From positions 1-47,533 of the IMG/VR virus record IMGVR_UViG_3300020235_000016: DNA of 47,533 bases, one strand, 5' to 3'. The notes beneath the pieces are model-generated. The model did not search any database. It was given only the letters and a program-made list of their open reading frames with translations, and was not told the origin of the DNA. The position numbers were made by a program, and so were the translations under genes. The stretch's first letter is position 1. Every line of letters begins with the position of its first letter. Positions 37,978-45,685 of this stretch are shown here, one piece after another. The stretch comes from a virus. Lineage: Duplodnaviria; Caudoviricetes.

Positions 37978-38343
37978 AACGGCACCGACTGAGAGGACTC
38001 ATTCACCTCCCAGCGGTGCCGTTCTCATGCACGCATAGTAGTAGTTGCTCTTCGTCCCTCCGGGCCTCCCCGAGCCAGAGGCGAGAGAACTACTACTACT
38101 GGGCCCCCTGGCAAGGCCCTCCACTGCGACCGCGTGGACGCAGGCAATAGCCAGCTGGCAAGCCTCGCCCAGATCGCCTGTGAGCGTAGCGTCGAGTCGT
38201 CTCCCGCCGCGTGGCGCGCGCGACCCCCCCTGGCCACCCCGTGGGGGTGGGGCTGCAAGGGTGTGTCTGGTGGTGCAAGCCCCCTGCCCTAACTCCGGGC
38301 GCTGGCGGGGGATGCGTCCGGCGGCGATCGCTGCCGGGGCACC
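37978..38343. other. Non-coding region of successive inverted repeats
   Basis: AACGGCACCG/CGGTGCCGTT (37978/38014), TAGTAGTAGTT/AACTACTACTA (38036/38088), CCACCCC-GTG-GGGGTGG, near-perfect 20-bp palindrome 38318-38337. Confidence 0.7.
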
Positions 38344-38370
38344 TTGACAACCCAATCGGAAGGCACGGCG

Positions 38371-38691
38371 ATGCGCACGGATTACGGTCCGTATCCGCGG
38401 ACGCGAGTGCCTGCCACACGGTGTCCGACATGGGTGAAGGGCGAGCGCGCGAAGCGTGCCGCCACTCATCACCGGTCGGATATGCGATACGCTGAAGCGC
38501 AAGCTCGGCGGCAGGACAGCGATACATTGTACGCACTGCGGACAATGCTACGCGAGACTGCCCTCGGGATGACCGAAGCAATCGCACCCGAAGCGTTCTC
38601 ATCGGCTATCGCTCGGATCTATTCCGAGTGCGGGCGAGCGAGCAAGGCTCCGAGTCGGCGGCAGGAAACCGGGTTCCGCGTCTGGCAATGA
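38371..38691 (+). CDS. Possible hypothetical protein
   Basis: ORF with weak codon bias; start uncertain. Confidence 0.35.
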   Translation: MRTDYGPYPRTRVPATRCPTWVKGERAKRAATHHRSDMRYAEAQARRQDSDTLYALRTMLRETALGMTEAIAPEAFSSAIARIYSECGRASKAPSRRQETGFRVWQ

Positions 38692-38696
38692 CGGCA

Positions 38697-38749
38697 AGGG
38701 GCGCCCCTTCGGGGGCGCTCCCCGCCCACCCTTCGCACTCCGCGAAGGG
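38697..38749 (+). promoter_or_regulatory. Twin hairpins in the leader of the early region
   Basis: GGGGCGCCCC-TTCG-GGGGCGCTCC (C-UUCG-G loop) then CCCTTCGC-ACTCC-GCGAAGGG, directly before AGGAG RBS. Confidence 0.55.
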
Positions 38750-38769
38750 CTTACCAGGAGACCGAAGCC

Positions 38770-39009
38770 ATGACGACTGCCGAACTCAAAGCCAAGATCG
38801 AAGCCCTCGAAGGCAAGCTGGCGGTTGCTAACAAGCCGCGTGCCCTTTCGCTGAAGATCAGCGCGAAGGGTGGGCTCAGCCTATACGGGTTGCAACGCTT
38901 CCCGGTCACGCTCTACAAAGAGCAGTGGCTCAGGGTGGTGGAGCAAGCCGGCGCGATCAAGGCGTTCATTGCCGAGAACGACGCACTCCTTGCCACCAAG
39001 AACGGCTGA
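38770..39009 (+). CDS. Conserved small hypothetical protein (79 aa)
   Basis: AGGAG RBS; LKIS.KGGLSLYGL.RFPVTLYKEQW motif recognisable from uncharacterised bacterial/phage proteins. Confidence 0.8.
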   Translation: MTTAELKAKIEALEGKLAVANKPRALSLKISAKGGLSLYGLQRFPVTLYKEQWLRVVEQAGAIKAFIAENDALLATKNG

Positions 39010-39011
39010 CC

Positions 39012-39140
39012 ATGAGTCAAGCCCAGACATGCCAGGCTTGCGGCGAGGAACACCACGCCCAGGCTGGCATAAGCACCCCCGATCCCAAGCGGTGGTGCTC
39101 TTACGAGTGTGCCGAGCAGGCACACGATGACCTGGCATGA
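39012..39140 (+). CDS. Small Zn-binding protein (42 aa)
   Basis: CQAC...WCSYEC motif; ATG 2 nt after the previous stop. Confidence 0.55.
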   Translation: MSQAQTCQACGEEHHAQAGISTPDPKRWCSYECAEQAHDDLA

Positions 39141-39201
39141 CCCCGAACCTGGAGGTTCCCGATGGACGATGACTCCGAGTGCGAAGAGAGGACCGAAGCC
39201 G

Positions 39202-39318
39202 ATGGATGAAGAGTACGGGGACGAGGAGACCAACCCTCCCCCCTTCGACGCCGACGGCAACCTGCGCGTGCAGCTGGCCATCAAGCACGAGATCAGGATG
39301 GACCTGGTCAGGAGTTGA
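39202..39318 (+). CDS. Possible short acidic protein (38 aa)
   Basis: GAGGA RBS then MDEEYG...; preceded by very short ORF remnants. Confidence 0.35.
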   Translation: MDEEYGDEETNPPPFDADGNLRVQLAIKHEIRMDLVRS

Positions 39319-39322
39319 GCCG

Positions 39323-39781
39323 ATGAAGGATCACACCGTTCGGCGGGTAGTCACGCGCATCGAGCGCGTGCCCGCTGAGGTGGCTGAGGACACAGCGCAC
39401 TACGGCGAGAGCGTGCGAGCACCCGAACGGGTGGCGCAGGTCATGAGCTTCCTGCTCAACAGGGCACAAGAGGAGTTCTGGGTGCTGCTACTCGACTCGA
39501 AGCATCGGCTTCGGGCAACACAGCACGTCTCGACAGGTACGCTGATGTCTAGCCTCGTACACCCACGCGAGGTGTTCGCCCCTGCCATGGTACTGCGGGC
39601 AGCGGCGATCATCGTAGTTCACAACCACCCATCGGGTGAGAGTGAGCCAAGCAGCGAAGACCTGGCCGTCACTCGCCGACTGATCGAAGCCGGCAAGCTA
39701 CTCGGCATCCCCCTCCTGGATCACGTGATCGTCGCCGAAGACGGTCACACCTCACTAAGGCATCAGATGGATGAGTTCTAA
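39323..39781 (+). CDS. radC: RadC-like JAB-domain protein (152 aa)
   Basis: QEEFWVLLLD, SLVHPREVF, HNHPSG..EPS.ED, LLDHVIV; AGGAG RBS at ATG 39323. Confidence 0.93.
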   Translation: MKDHTVRRVVTRIERVPAEVAEDTAHYGESVRAPERVAQVMSFLLNRAQEEFWVLLLDSKHRLRATQHVSTGTLMSSLVHPREVFAPAMVLRAAAIIVVHNHPSGESEPSSEDLAVTRRLIEAGKLLGIPLLDHVIVAEDGHTSLRHQMDEF

Positions 39782-39782
39782 C

Positions 39783-40085
39783 ATGCTAAGCGACAGCGAG
39801 ATCGAAGCACTCAAGGGCTGCACCTTCTGGAGTGGCCACACATGGGCCAACCCCGACGTGCCAGGCAGCTGGTGACCCGCCGGTATCATCCTCGAGTGTC
39901 GAGGATTCGTGTACTCCAGCGGGGATTGGGGTGGCAATTACACCACCCTGCCGACTGCCACTGCTGAGCAGTGCGACCAAGCACTGGATGACGTAGCCCA
40001 CTACTACGGCTACGAAGTGGGCGAGTACCTCAAGCAGATGAACGAAACCAACCCTGACACACCACTGGAGGTGTACCAAACATGA
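39783..40085 (+). CDS. 100-codon ORF with in-frame TGA at codon 31 (candidate selenoprotein, or pseudogene)
   Basis: MLSDSEIEALKGCTFWSGHTWANPDVPGSW*PAGIILECRGFVYSSGDWGGNY...LEVYQT; exactly fills the radC-DUF2958 gap and ends in an ATGA overlap; hairpin follows the TGA. Confidence 0.6.
39876..39923 (+). promoter_or_regulatory. Candidate bacterial SECIS hairpin
   Basis: ATCCTCGA-GTG-TCGAGGAT (39888-39906), loop starts 20 nt after the UGA with GU; basal CCCGC/GCGGG pairing. Confidence 0.5.
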
Positions 40086-40384
40086 AGCTGATGACGGAAG
40101 AGATTCGAGCGGCACTGCCCGCGCTCTACTCGACCGAGGACGTAGCGACCGAAGACAAGCGCATCATCGTCAAGTTCTTCGACCCTTGCGGGTCATGGAC
40201 CTGGTATGCAATCGAAGGCGACACCGATGGTGATGACATCCGGTTCTTCGGCCTCGTTCACGGGCACGAGAAAGAATGGGGATACTTCATGCTCTCCGAA
40301 CTGGAGAGTGTGAAGGGGCCGATGGGTATCGGCATCGAGCGTGACCTACACTTCAGCAACAAGAAGATCAGCGACATTCAATGA
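40082..40384 (+). CDS. DUF2958-family protein (100 aa)
   Basis: LPALYSTE, VKFFDPCGSWTWY, FFGLV.G.EKEWGYF.LSELE, IERDLHF; GGAGG RBS. Confidence 0.9.
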   Translation: MKLMTEEIRAALPALYSTEDVATEDKRIIVKFFDPCGSWTWYAIEGDTDGDDIRFFGLVHGHEKEWGYFMLSELESVKGPMGIGIERDLHFSNKKISDIQ

Positions 40385-40563
40385 ACCCGAACCACGATGA
40401 TCAATCGTACCTCGATGAGCTTGACCTGCACCAGGACAAGCCCGATGTGCGCGTGACACGTGAGCCCGACGTGATCCTCAACAGGATCAATCAGTACGGG
40501 CACACGTGCCGACCTGACCCGGATGGGGTGTGCTACGACTGCCGCTTGGAATGCGGCAGGTGA
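40381..40563 (+). CDS. Small Cys-containing protein (60 aa)
   Basis: ATGA overlap; HTC...CYDC motif. Confidence 0.55.
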   Translation: MNPNHDDQSYLDELDLHQDKPDVRVTREPDVILNRINQYGHTCRPDPDGVCYDCRLECGR

Positions 40564-40567
40564 GAGC

Positions 40568-40723
40568 ATGATAGGGCGCCCCGAGGGGCGTACTGACTGG
40601 GAACAGACACTGCTGCCCAAAGAGTGGGCGACAGAACAGGAGACACCGGGGTGCCTCGCATCTTGGTGGCCAGTGGCCATGGCGTTCGTCATGGCAGGGA
40701 TCGTGATCGTGATGCTCTGGTGA
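40568..40723 (+). CDS. Small C-terminally anchored membrane protein (51 aa)
   Basis: WWPVAMAFVMAGIVIVMLW; followed by hairpin CCACGGC-AATAGG-GCCGTGG-TGTTT (40733-40757). Confidence 0.55.
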   Translation: MIGRPEGRTDWEQTLLPKEWATEQETPGCLASWWPVAMAFVMAGIVIVMLW

Positions 40724-40769
40724 CAGACACACCCACGGCAATAGGGCCGTGGTGTTTCGGAGCTACTGA

Positions 40770-41327
40770 ATGAACTACCCGAAGACACAACTGCTCAAGG
40801 CAGCGGCGAAGGAAGACGGGCGATACGCGATGCACAACGTCCTGTTCGAGGACGGCAAGCTGATCGCCACCAACGGCAAGATCCTCGCGCTCTTGCCCGT
40901 CACCGAGGCCGACGACGACGTACCTGGCTTGATCCCACGCCAGGCCGTGGAGCTCGCCCACAGGGGCGGCACACCGGTGAAGGGATGCAGGATGGTGTCC
41001 GGCATAAACGGCAACGTGCGTGCCCAGAACAAGGACGGCAGCCTGGTCGACGTCACCAGACCCGACGAAGACGCAGAGTTCCCGAAGTGGCGGCAGGTGA
41101 TGCCCGAGGTGAGCGAGAGCACGCACTTCAGCGTGATGTTCAACGTCTCACTGCTGCATGACCTGTGCCTGGCCATGGGAGCGACGACCATCAGGATGAA
41201 GATCTCGAAGGATCTGAAGGCGTACCCCAACAGCCCCATCCTGGTCACGCCGCTCACGAACATCGACTGCGAGAACGCGAGCAAGGACGCCATCGGCGTC
41301 CTCATGCCGATCACGTCCGACGAGTGA
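40770..41327 (+). CDS. Truncated DNA polymerase III beta-clamp-like protein (185 aa)
   Basis: D.RYAM, ATNGKIL, EFPKWRQVMP, FNVSLL and GVLMPI motifs; about half the length of DnaN. Confidence 0.75.
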   Translation: MNYPKTQLLKAAAKEDGRYAMHNVLFEDGKLIATNGKILALLPVTEADDDVPGLIPRQAVELAHRGGTPVKGCRMVSGINGNVRAQNKDGSLVDVTRPDEDAEFPKWRQVMPEVSESTHFSVMFNVSLLHDLCLAMGATTIRMKISKDLKAYPNSPILVTPLTNIDCENASKDAIGVLMPITSDE

Positions 41328-41381
41328 GAAGATGATAGGGCTGCATGGGCAGCCACACACAACCTGGAATGGAGGTTCCGA

Positions 41382-41897
41382 ATGGGTCAGTACCATCTTG
41401 TCGTCAACCTCGACAAGAAGGAGTTCATCGACCCGCACCGACTAGGGTGCGGACTCAAGCTGTGGGAACAGCTGGCCAGTCACCCCGGAACGGGTGCGGC
41501 ACTCATCCCACTGCTCGCCTGCCCGATACGTCGGGGAGGCGGAGATCTCGACGTGGAACAGAACTGGCACGGGCCAGAGCGCAAGTTCCCCGAGCACAAC
41601 CTCACGCCCGGACCCATGCCCGAGGACTACGAGGTGATCGCCAAGATGGTCATCGGGCGCTGGGCAGGTGATCGACTCGCCATCGTCGGCGACTATGCCG
41701 ATGACGAAGACCTCGACGCAGAGCACAAGGCCAGCACGATCTACAAGCGGTGCCGCGATCCGGTGCCTGACGAGGTTCTCGAGGGGCCACTCTTCAAGGA
41801 CATCTCCACCTACGTGGCACGGGTCATCGAGCACGAACTCGGCGGCAAGTACACGGGCAAGGGGTGGGCCCAGTGGAAGGAGGACGACTCCAACTGA
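41382..41897 (+). CDS. Conserved phage hypothetical protein (171 aa)
   Basis: MGQYHLVVNLDKKEFIDPH..G.GLKLWE and GRWAGDRLAIVGDY; GGAGG RBS. Confidence 0.8.
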   Translation: MGQYHLVVNLDKKEFIDPHRLGCGLKLWEQLASHPGTGAALIPLLACPIRRGGGDLDVEQNWHGPERKFPEHNLTPGPMPEDYEVIAKMVIGRWAGDRLAIVGDYADDEDLDAEHKASTIYKRCRDPVPDEVLEGPLFKDISTYVARVIEHELGGKYTGKGWAQWKEDDSN

Positions 41898-42598
41898 TGG
41901 AAATCCTCACCGGCAACTTCAAGCTGGCGAAGGCGAGGAAGCAAGGCTGGCTCGCACGCGGCATCTCTCTCCTGCCCGGCAACAAGTCGGGCATCGAGCT
42001 GTGCCCCGATCGGGGAGCCTGCTTCGCGACGTGCATCGAGTCGAGCGGACACGGGACGATGCCCAACGTCACCCGCGCAAGGATGGAGCGGGCACGGTTC
42101 TTCGCGGACCACCAAGACGCCTTCATCACCCTGCTCCACATCGACATCGAGCGCCTCGTGCATTCGGCCAAGGCGCTCAAGCTGAGACCTGCATGCCGAC
42201 TCAACGTCATCTCCGACATCGCGTGGGAGGTGGTCGCACCCGACCTCTTCACGTCATTCCCTGAGGTGCAGTTCTACGACTACACCAAGTCGCCCGAGAG
42301 GGCCCGTGCTCATCGCAGGGGCGATTTTACGCCCGGATACGACCTCACCTACAGCTGGAGCGAGAAGGCCTCACACCAGTTCGGCATGGCCCACCTCAAT
42401 GGAGGTGGAAAGATTGCCATCGTCAGCCGGTACAGCCCGATCGAACGCTACGACCTGCCGAACTGGCTACGCCAGCTGAACAGCCAACGGTTCGTCGACG
42501 GTGACGAGCACGACCTCACCTTCCTCCACCCACCCGGCAGCGTGATCGTGCTGTCGGTCAAGGGCAAACTACGATCGAAGAGGACCAAGTTTGCATGA
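41897..42598 (+). CDS. GP88-family (radical-SAM-like Cys motif) protein (233 aa)
   Basis: LCP....C...C, RLNVISDI.WE, QFYDYTK, YDLTYS.SE and VDGDEHD; TGATG coupling. Confidence 0.75.
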   Translation: MEILTGNFKLAKARKQGWLARGISLLPGNKSGIELCPDRGACFATCIESSGHGTMPNVTRARMERARFFADHQDAFITLLHIDIERLVHSAKALKLRPACRLNVISDIAWEVVAPDLFTSFPEVQFYDYTKSPERARAHRRGDFTPGYDLTYSWSEKASHQFGMAHLNGGGKIAIVSRYSPIERYDLPNWLRQLNSQRFVDGDEHDLTFLHPPGSVIVLSVKGKLRSKRTKFA

Positions 42599-42661
42599 CC
42601 CTCGCCATCATCATCGCCGCAGCCTGCGTGCTGCTTACCTGGCCACGAAAGGAAACCACCC

Positions 42662-42874
42662 ATGAGCGCCACCGACTTCCCCCCCGGCTACAACGAAAGG
42701 CTCGTTGTCGCTCTCGAGTCCATCGCCGCCTCGCTCAAAGTAATGCCCGATGCAGGCGAGTGGCTCGAGAGCTGCGCCAACCGCATTGAGGTCAAGCTGG
42801 ACGACCTCAACCTCATCGTCGACCGGGGGCTCAACTCCATCGAGATGACCATCACCAGGGCAAGGCAATCGTGA
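42662..42874 (+). CDS. Hypothetical protein (70 aa)
   Basis: AAGGA RBS. Confidence 0.6.
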   Translation: MSATDFPPGYNERLVVALESIAASLKVMPDAGEWLESCANRIEVKLDDLNLIVDRGLNSIEMTITRARQS

Positions 42875-43038
42875 AGCCTGACGAGAAGCGCGCGCTCAGC
42901 GACTACAGCTGCGCCACGCGCAAGTTGACCGCACTGTTCAGGCGGCACCGACTGAACACCCAAGCCAAGGGGCTGGAACAGAGCCTCGTCGCCGCAAGGC
43001 AAACGGTCGAGGTCATACGAAAGCGAGAAGCCAAGTGA
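42871..43038 (+). CDS. Hypothetical basic protein (55 aa, below track cut-off)
   Basis: VKPDEKRALSDYSCATRKL...REAK; GTGA overlaps at both ends. Confidence 0.55.
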   Translation: MKPDEKRALSDYSCATRKLTALFRRHRLNTQAKGLEQSLVAARQTVEVIRKREAK

Positions 43039-43259
43039 CAAGCGAAGCACAGTACGTCGTCGAGCAGCTGACCAAGCTGATCGGCTTCACCATCCGGGAG
43101 GTCTGCATCGTCGGCGAGGGCCGTTACGGCTTTCCCGCTATGCGGGTGAGCCGTGGGTCACTCACCGAGAAGAAGGCGGCGTTCTGGATCGTCATCCAAT
43201 CCGACGCCGAAGGCAACGGCCCAGGTTGGGCCAACATCGAGGAGGTGAAAGGTGGCTGA
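43035..43259 (+). CDS. Hypothetical protein (74 aa)
   Basis: QSDAEGNGPG motif; coupled. Confidence 0.7.
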   Translation: MTSEAQYVVEQLTKLIGFTIREVCIVGEGRYGFPAMRVSRGSLTEKKAAFWIVIQSDAEGNGPGWANIEEVKGG

Positions 43260-43545
43260 GCCTGAGAGTGAGCGCCCGCTCACGAAGAGCGAGATTCGGG
43301 CTGCGGAGCGGAAACAACTGCTCAAGGAGCTGATGGACAAGCAGTACCTGGGCGATGGCGCCTACATCCATCACGACGGCTGGCACGTGTGGATTACCAC
43401 GTCGGACGGGACCACGGACACGAACCGGATTGCCCTCGAGCCCGCCGTGCTGACCGCATTCGAGGGCCAGCTGCAACGCATGAAGCTGCTGATGGCTTCG
43501 ATTGAAAGGCTAGACGAGGCCGGCGCCGAGGGGGGTGAAGGGTGA
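43252..43545 (+). CDS. Hypothetical phage protein (97 aa)
   Basis: YLGDGAY...DG...W.TT.DG....N.IALEP.V motif; GGAGG RBS. Confidence 0.75.
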   Translation: MAEPESERPLTKSEIRAAERKQLLKELMDKQYLGDGAYIHHDGWHVWITTSDGTTDTNRIALEPAVLTAFEGQLQRMKLLMASIERLDEAGAEGGEG

Positions 43546-43549
43546 CTGA

Positions 43550-44815
43550 GTGGGCGAGCTAGTCGTCGACAACTTCGCCGGCGGCGGCGGTGCTTCCGTG
43601 GGCATCGAGGATGCTCTCGGGCGCACCGTCGACATCGCTGTGAATCATGATAGGGCTGCGATCAGGATGCACGAGGTCAATCACCCTGGGGCTCGGCACT
43701 ACACCGAGGACATCTGGGACGTGGATCCGAACGAGGCCTGCAAGGGCAAGCGCGTGGGCCTGGCGTGGTTCTCACCCGACTGCAAGCACTTCAGCAAGGC
43801 CAAGGGCGGCGCGCCCAATCGCAGCGAGGCGGTGCGCGGCCTGGCATGGGTCGTCACCTACTGGGCCAGCCAGGTGAAGCCGCGGGTGATCATGCTGGAG
43901 AACGTCGAGGAGTTCGAGAACTGGGGCCCGCTCAACCCCGAGGGGCACCCGATCAGGGACAAGATGGGCGAGACGTTCAAGCAATGGATCGGACGGCTCG
44001 AAGAGCTGGGGTACAAGGTCGAGTGGCGCAGGCTGCTCGCAGCCGACTACGGGGCGCCCACTACGCGGCTCAGGCTGTTCCTGATCGCACGGTGCGACGG
44101 ATTGCCCATCGTCTGGCCGGCGGCCACACACGCCCCTGAGACGTACCGACAAGCGCACGAGATCATCGACTGGTCCCTGCCGTGCCCCTCGATCTTCGGC
44201 CGCAAGCGGCCCCTGGTGAAGGCCACGATGGACCGCATTGCCAAGGGGCTCGAACGCTACGTCTTCGGGCAGACACAGACACCGTTCCTGGTACGCACCG
44301 GGCACGCGTGGAAGGACGGCACGGTTCCCGGTGGATGGCGAGGACAGACCCTCGACAAGCCCCTGGCCACCGTGTGCGCCACGAACGACAAGAACCTGGT
44401 CGTGCCGTTCATCGCTCGCCACTGGGGCGGGATGGTCGGCCGCGAGATCACGAGGCCGTGGCCGACGATCACGGCCAAGGGGTGCCAGGATCAGCTGCTG
44501 TCAGCGTTCCTCGTGAAGTACTTCGGCACGAGCACGGCGCAGCCCCTCAGCAAGCCCATCGGCACGCTGACCGGCAAGGCGCGCTACGGCCTCGTCACCA
44601 TCGAAGGCCAGAACTACAAGCTGGTCGACATCGGCATGCGCATGCTGCAGCCACCCGAGCTGTACGCGGCGCAGGCATTTCCAAGCGACTACATCATCGA
44701 CCCAGTGCTCGATGGCAAGCCGCTCACCAAGACGGCGCAGATACGCCTATGCGGGAATTCGGTGTGCCCTCCGGTTCCTCGCGAGATGGTCAGGGCGAAC
44801 TACATCGAAACATGA
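43550..44815 (+). CDS. DNA (cytosine-5) methyltransferase (421 aa)
   Basis: Motif I DNFAGGGG, IV SPDC, VI ENV, VIII R.RLF, X GNSV; orphan, no cognate endonuclease seen. Confidence 0.95.
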   Translation: MGELVVDNFAGGGGASVGIEDALGRTVDIAVNHDRAAIRMHEVNHPGARHYTEDIWDVDPNEACKGKRVGLAWFSPDCKHFSKAKGGAPNRSEAVRGLAWVVTYWASQVKPRVIMLENVEEFENWGPLNPEGHPIRDKMGETFKQWIGRLEELGYKVEWRRLLAADYGAPTTRLRLFLIARCDGLPIVWPAATHAPETYRQAHEIIDWSLPCPSIFGRKRPLVKATMDRIAKGLERYVFGQTQTPFLVRTGHAWKDGTVPGGWRGQTLDKPLATVCATNDKNLVVPFIARHWGGMVGREITRPWPTITAKGCQDQLLSAFLVKYFGTSTAQPLSKPIGTLTGKARYGLVTIEGQNYKLVDIGMRMLQPPELYAAQAFPSDYIIDPVLDGKPLTKTAQIRLCGNSVCPPVPREMVRANYIET

Positions 44816-45021
44816 AGAGCCTACACGTCAACGAGGTGGCCAACGGCTGGGTCATCGAAGAGTACGAGGGCGACACGATCGAGCAGGTGCGCGTCGTGCA
44901 GTCCGAGGTGAAGCTGCGACCGACCGAGGTCTCGGCCGCGCTCGACGACCTGGTCAACTGCGTCCGAAACATCATGTCAACATGGGAGGATCCCGACCGT
45001 GACGACCCACTCGCCCCCTGA
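44812..45021 (+). CDS. Hypothetical protein (69 aa)
   Basis: ATGA overlap; VANGWVI motif. Confidence 0.65.
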   Translation: MKSLHVNEVANGWVIEEYEGDTIEQVRVVQSEVKLRPTEVSAALDDLVNCVRNIMSTWEDPDRDDPLAP

Positions 45022-45316
45022 AGATGATAGGGCCTTCACCAGGCCCATCGAGCCCGACGAGCACGAGAAGCCCGACCAGGTGGAGCCTGAGTCGGACCCG
45101 GTCCCTCGACAGCGAATCGACGACGAGGGCAACGTGTACGGCCCCGACGGGGCACGCATCGGCCAGACGATCGACGCTTACGCCGCCGACCCGCCCGAGC
45201 GGAAGGCCGCCTCGATCAGGTGGAAGCCGCCGGTTCCCGCGTTCCCCGCCGTCGACTGCGACGAGGAGCACGACGACCCGTTCTTCGCTGACCCGTACGA
45301 GGATCAGCATGACTAG
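44999..45316 (+). CDS. Acidic Pro-rich hypothetical protein (105 aa)
   Basis: GGAGG RBS before GTG. Confidence 0.6.
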   Translation: MTTHSPPEDDRAFTRPIEPDEHEKPDQVEPESDPVPRQRIDDEGNVYGPDGARIGQTIDAYAADPPERKAASIRWKPPVPAFPAVDCDEEHDDPFFADPYEDQHD

Positions 45317-45400
45317 CCCCAAGTGGGGAGATCGCTGGCTCTACATCCTGGGCATCCTGCTGCTCGTAACTGCTATGCTGGAAGGAAGGAGGTTCCGCAG

Positions 45401-45685
45401 ATGGATGAACGATCAGATCTCGCCGGCTTTGGAGAGGTCGTCCGAGTCAGGTGGCACTACGCCACGTTCTCTGTCCGTACCGACTGGACGCGAGACGCCG
45501 AGTCGAAGCAACTGAGCGTCTTCAACTGGCAAGTCCTCGGTGCAACGTGGGAAGACCACGAGCGCGGCGGATACATCGAGCCGATGGTCCTCTGCGGGAT
45601 CATGCGCTGGGTCGGAGGCGACAACATGCAGCGCAAAATCGTCGTGAGCCTCTCGGCCCACCTACACCACAAGAAGGAAGTATGA
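45401..45685 (+). CDS. Hypothetical protein (94 aa)
   Basis: AAGGAGG RBS before ATG 45401; ATGA overlap with the nuclease gene. Confidence 0.6.
   Translation: MDERSDLAGFGEVVRVRWHYATFSVRTDWTRDAESKQLSVFNWQVLGATWEDHERGGYIEPMVLCGIMRWVGGDNMQRKIVVSLSAHLHHKKEV

Noticed and set aside
38150-38161. GCCAGCTGGCAA shared with 34557 as a common operator
   Set aside because: Also occurs inside a CDS at 3305 and is GC-rich, so evidence is insufficient.
38344-38372. TTGACA as a sigma70 promoter
   Set aside because: No acceptable -10 hexamer at 16-18 nt spacing (GGCGAT).
37850-38760. tRNA, tmRNA or CRISPR array in the non-coding region
   Set aside because: No cloverleaf/T-loop signature or regularly spaced direct repeats seen.
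42595-42789. 64-aa TM-start ORF, and similarly 45309-45515
   Set aside because: Coupled starts are plausible, but each overlaps a better-supported gene by more than 100 nt; left uncalled.
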